A DNA stretch of 55,227 nt, taken from IMG/VR virus record IMGVR_UViG_3300032282_000541, positions 1-55,227 of that record; one strand, given 5' to 3'. A model generated the notes under the pieces. It was not told where the DNA came from. It did no database searches and was given only the letters and a program-made list of their open reading frames with translations. Source of the DNA: a virus. Its lineage: Duplodnaviria > Caudoviricetes. Positions 54,628-55,227 of this stretch are shown here, piece by piece; within the stretch, counting starts at the first letter, position 1; the number at the start of each line of letters is the position of its first letter. The translations under genes and the position numbers were made by a program.

Positions 54628-55191
54628 TTATGCTTGTGTTACGCCAAAAGCGCCAACACGGGTTGCATTTGGGCCTGCCGCAATTGCTGGCAGGGCTATG
54701 CCCATCACAAGACGTTTGATACCGTCACAAGCAGAAGAGGGCAAATAAGTACCCCGCACATCGCCAGTAGTGGTGGTAGCCGTCAATGTGGCGGCGGCGG
54801 CAAATGTTCCTGCATCTTCTGCAAGCGTGTTGTTCCAACCAGCGCGAGTGACGTATCCAGCATCAGTGATACGCAGTGGCGCACCCAAGATGTCGGTTGT
54901 ACCTACCGCAACAGTTACCACGCTTGCGCCAGAAGCAGTGACGCTGGAGATTTGGTAAAAAGCTTTTTTACCGTTGACAGTTGTTGATGCCACTGTTCCT
55001 GTTGCAATCACTTCGCTCATGGCTTGACCGTAGTAGTCGTAACCAGAAACAGTAATGTTGACAGAAGTTGGAGAACCAGCACCAGTGGTTGTAGAAACCG
55101 CACGAGGGCAGTCAAGTTGCAAGACTGTTGCGCCGCTTGTATTCGTAACGGATGTAACACCAGCACCTGCGGCAAGCGTGAGCGTGGTAGC
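54628..55191 (-). CDS. 3' part of the origin-spanning structural protein
   Basis: In frame with 1..414; SGYDYYGQAMSE and TTTTGDVRGTY motifs. Confidence 0.85.
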   Translation of the reverse strand, partial: ATTLTLAAGAGVTSVTNTSGATVLQLDCPRAVSTTTGAGSPTSVNITVSGYDYYGQAMSEVIATGTVASTTVNGKKAFYQISSVTASGASVVTVAVGTTDILGAPLRITDAGYVTRAGWNNTLAEDAGTFAAAATLTATTTTGDVRGTYLPSSACDGIKRLVMGIALPAIAAGPNATRVGAFGVTQA

Positions 55192-55227
55192 AGTTGTGAT
55201 GACAGCGGCAACAATGTTGGTTGTCAG

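Noticed and set aside
55192-55227. Biological terminal repeat or att site
   Set aside because: It falls inside a continuous CDS and is most simply a circular-assembly overlap.
1-55227. Stop-codon reassignment, or an integrase-based lysogeny module
   Set aside because: Core genes are intact and densely packed in the standard code, and no recombinase or CI-like ORF was recognised.

Overview
The window is a complete, circularly assembled ~55.2 kb tailed-phage genome: the last 36 nt repeat the first 36 nt, and one structural gene runs across the junction. The gene set looks podovirus-like (terminase, portal, GroES, scaffold, capsid, adaptor/nozzle, tail fibres, ejection proteins, no tape measure). 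It also has a lysis cassette, a helicase/primase/SSB/exonuclease/RuvC module and a Cro-like regulator. I saw no DNA polymerase, integrase or CI. Almost everything is on the minus strand except an operon at 27835-30484. The most notable observations are: (1) an acyl carrier protein plus a FabF/FabB-type ketosynthase translationally coupled inside the tail operon, just upstream of Gly-starting and Cys-rich ejection proteins, which suggests virion-protein lipidation; (2) a short double-glycine motif repeated about 28 times in nine late proteins, falling at domain boundaries of polyprotein-like products and inside a shared C-terminal tag; (3) a ParB-like protein without ParA plus five copies of an exact 15-nt sequence with a palindromic core dispersed through the genome; (4) an ~830 nt non-coding RNA cluster with a variant initiator tRNA, a C4/CI-like cloverleaf and other structured elements. 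Product names come from motif recognition and gene order only; no database search was run.
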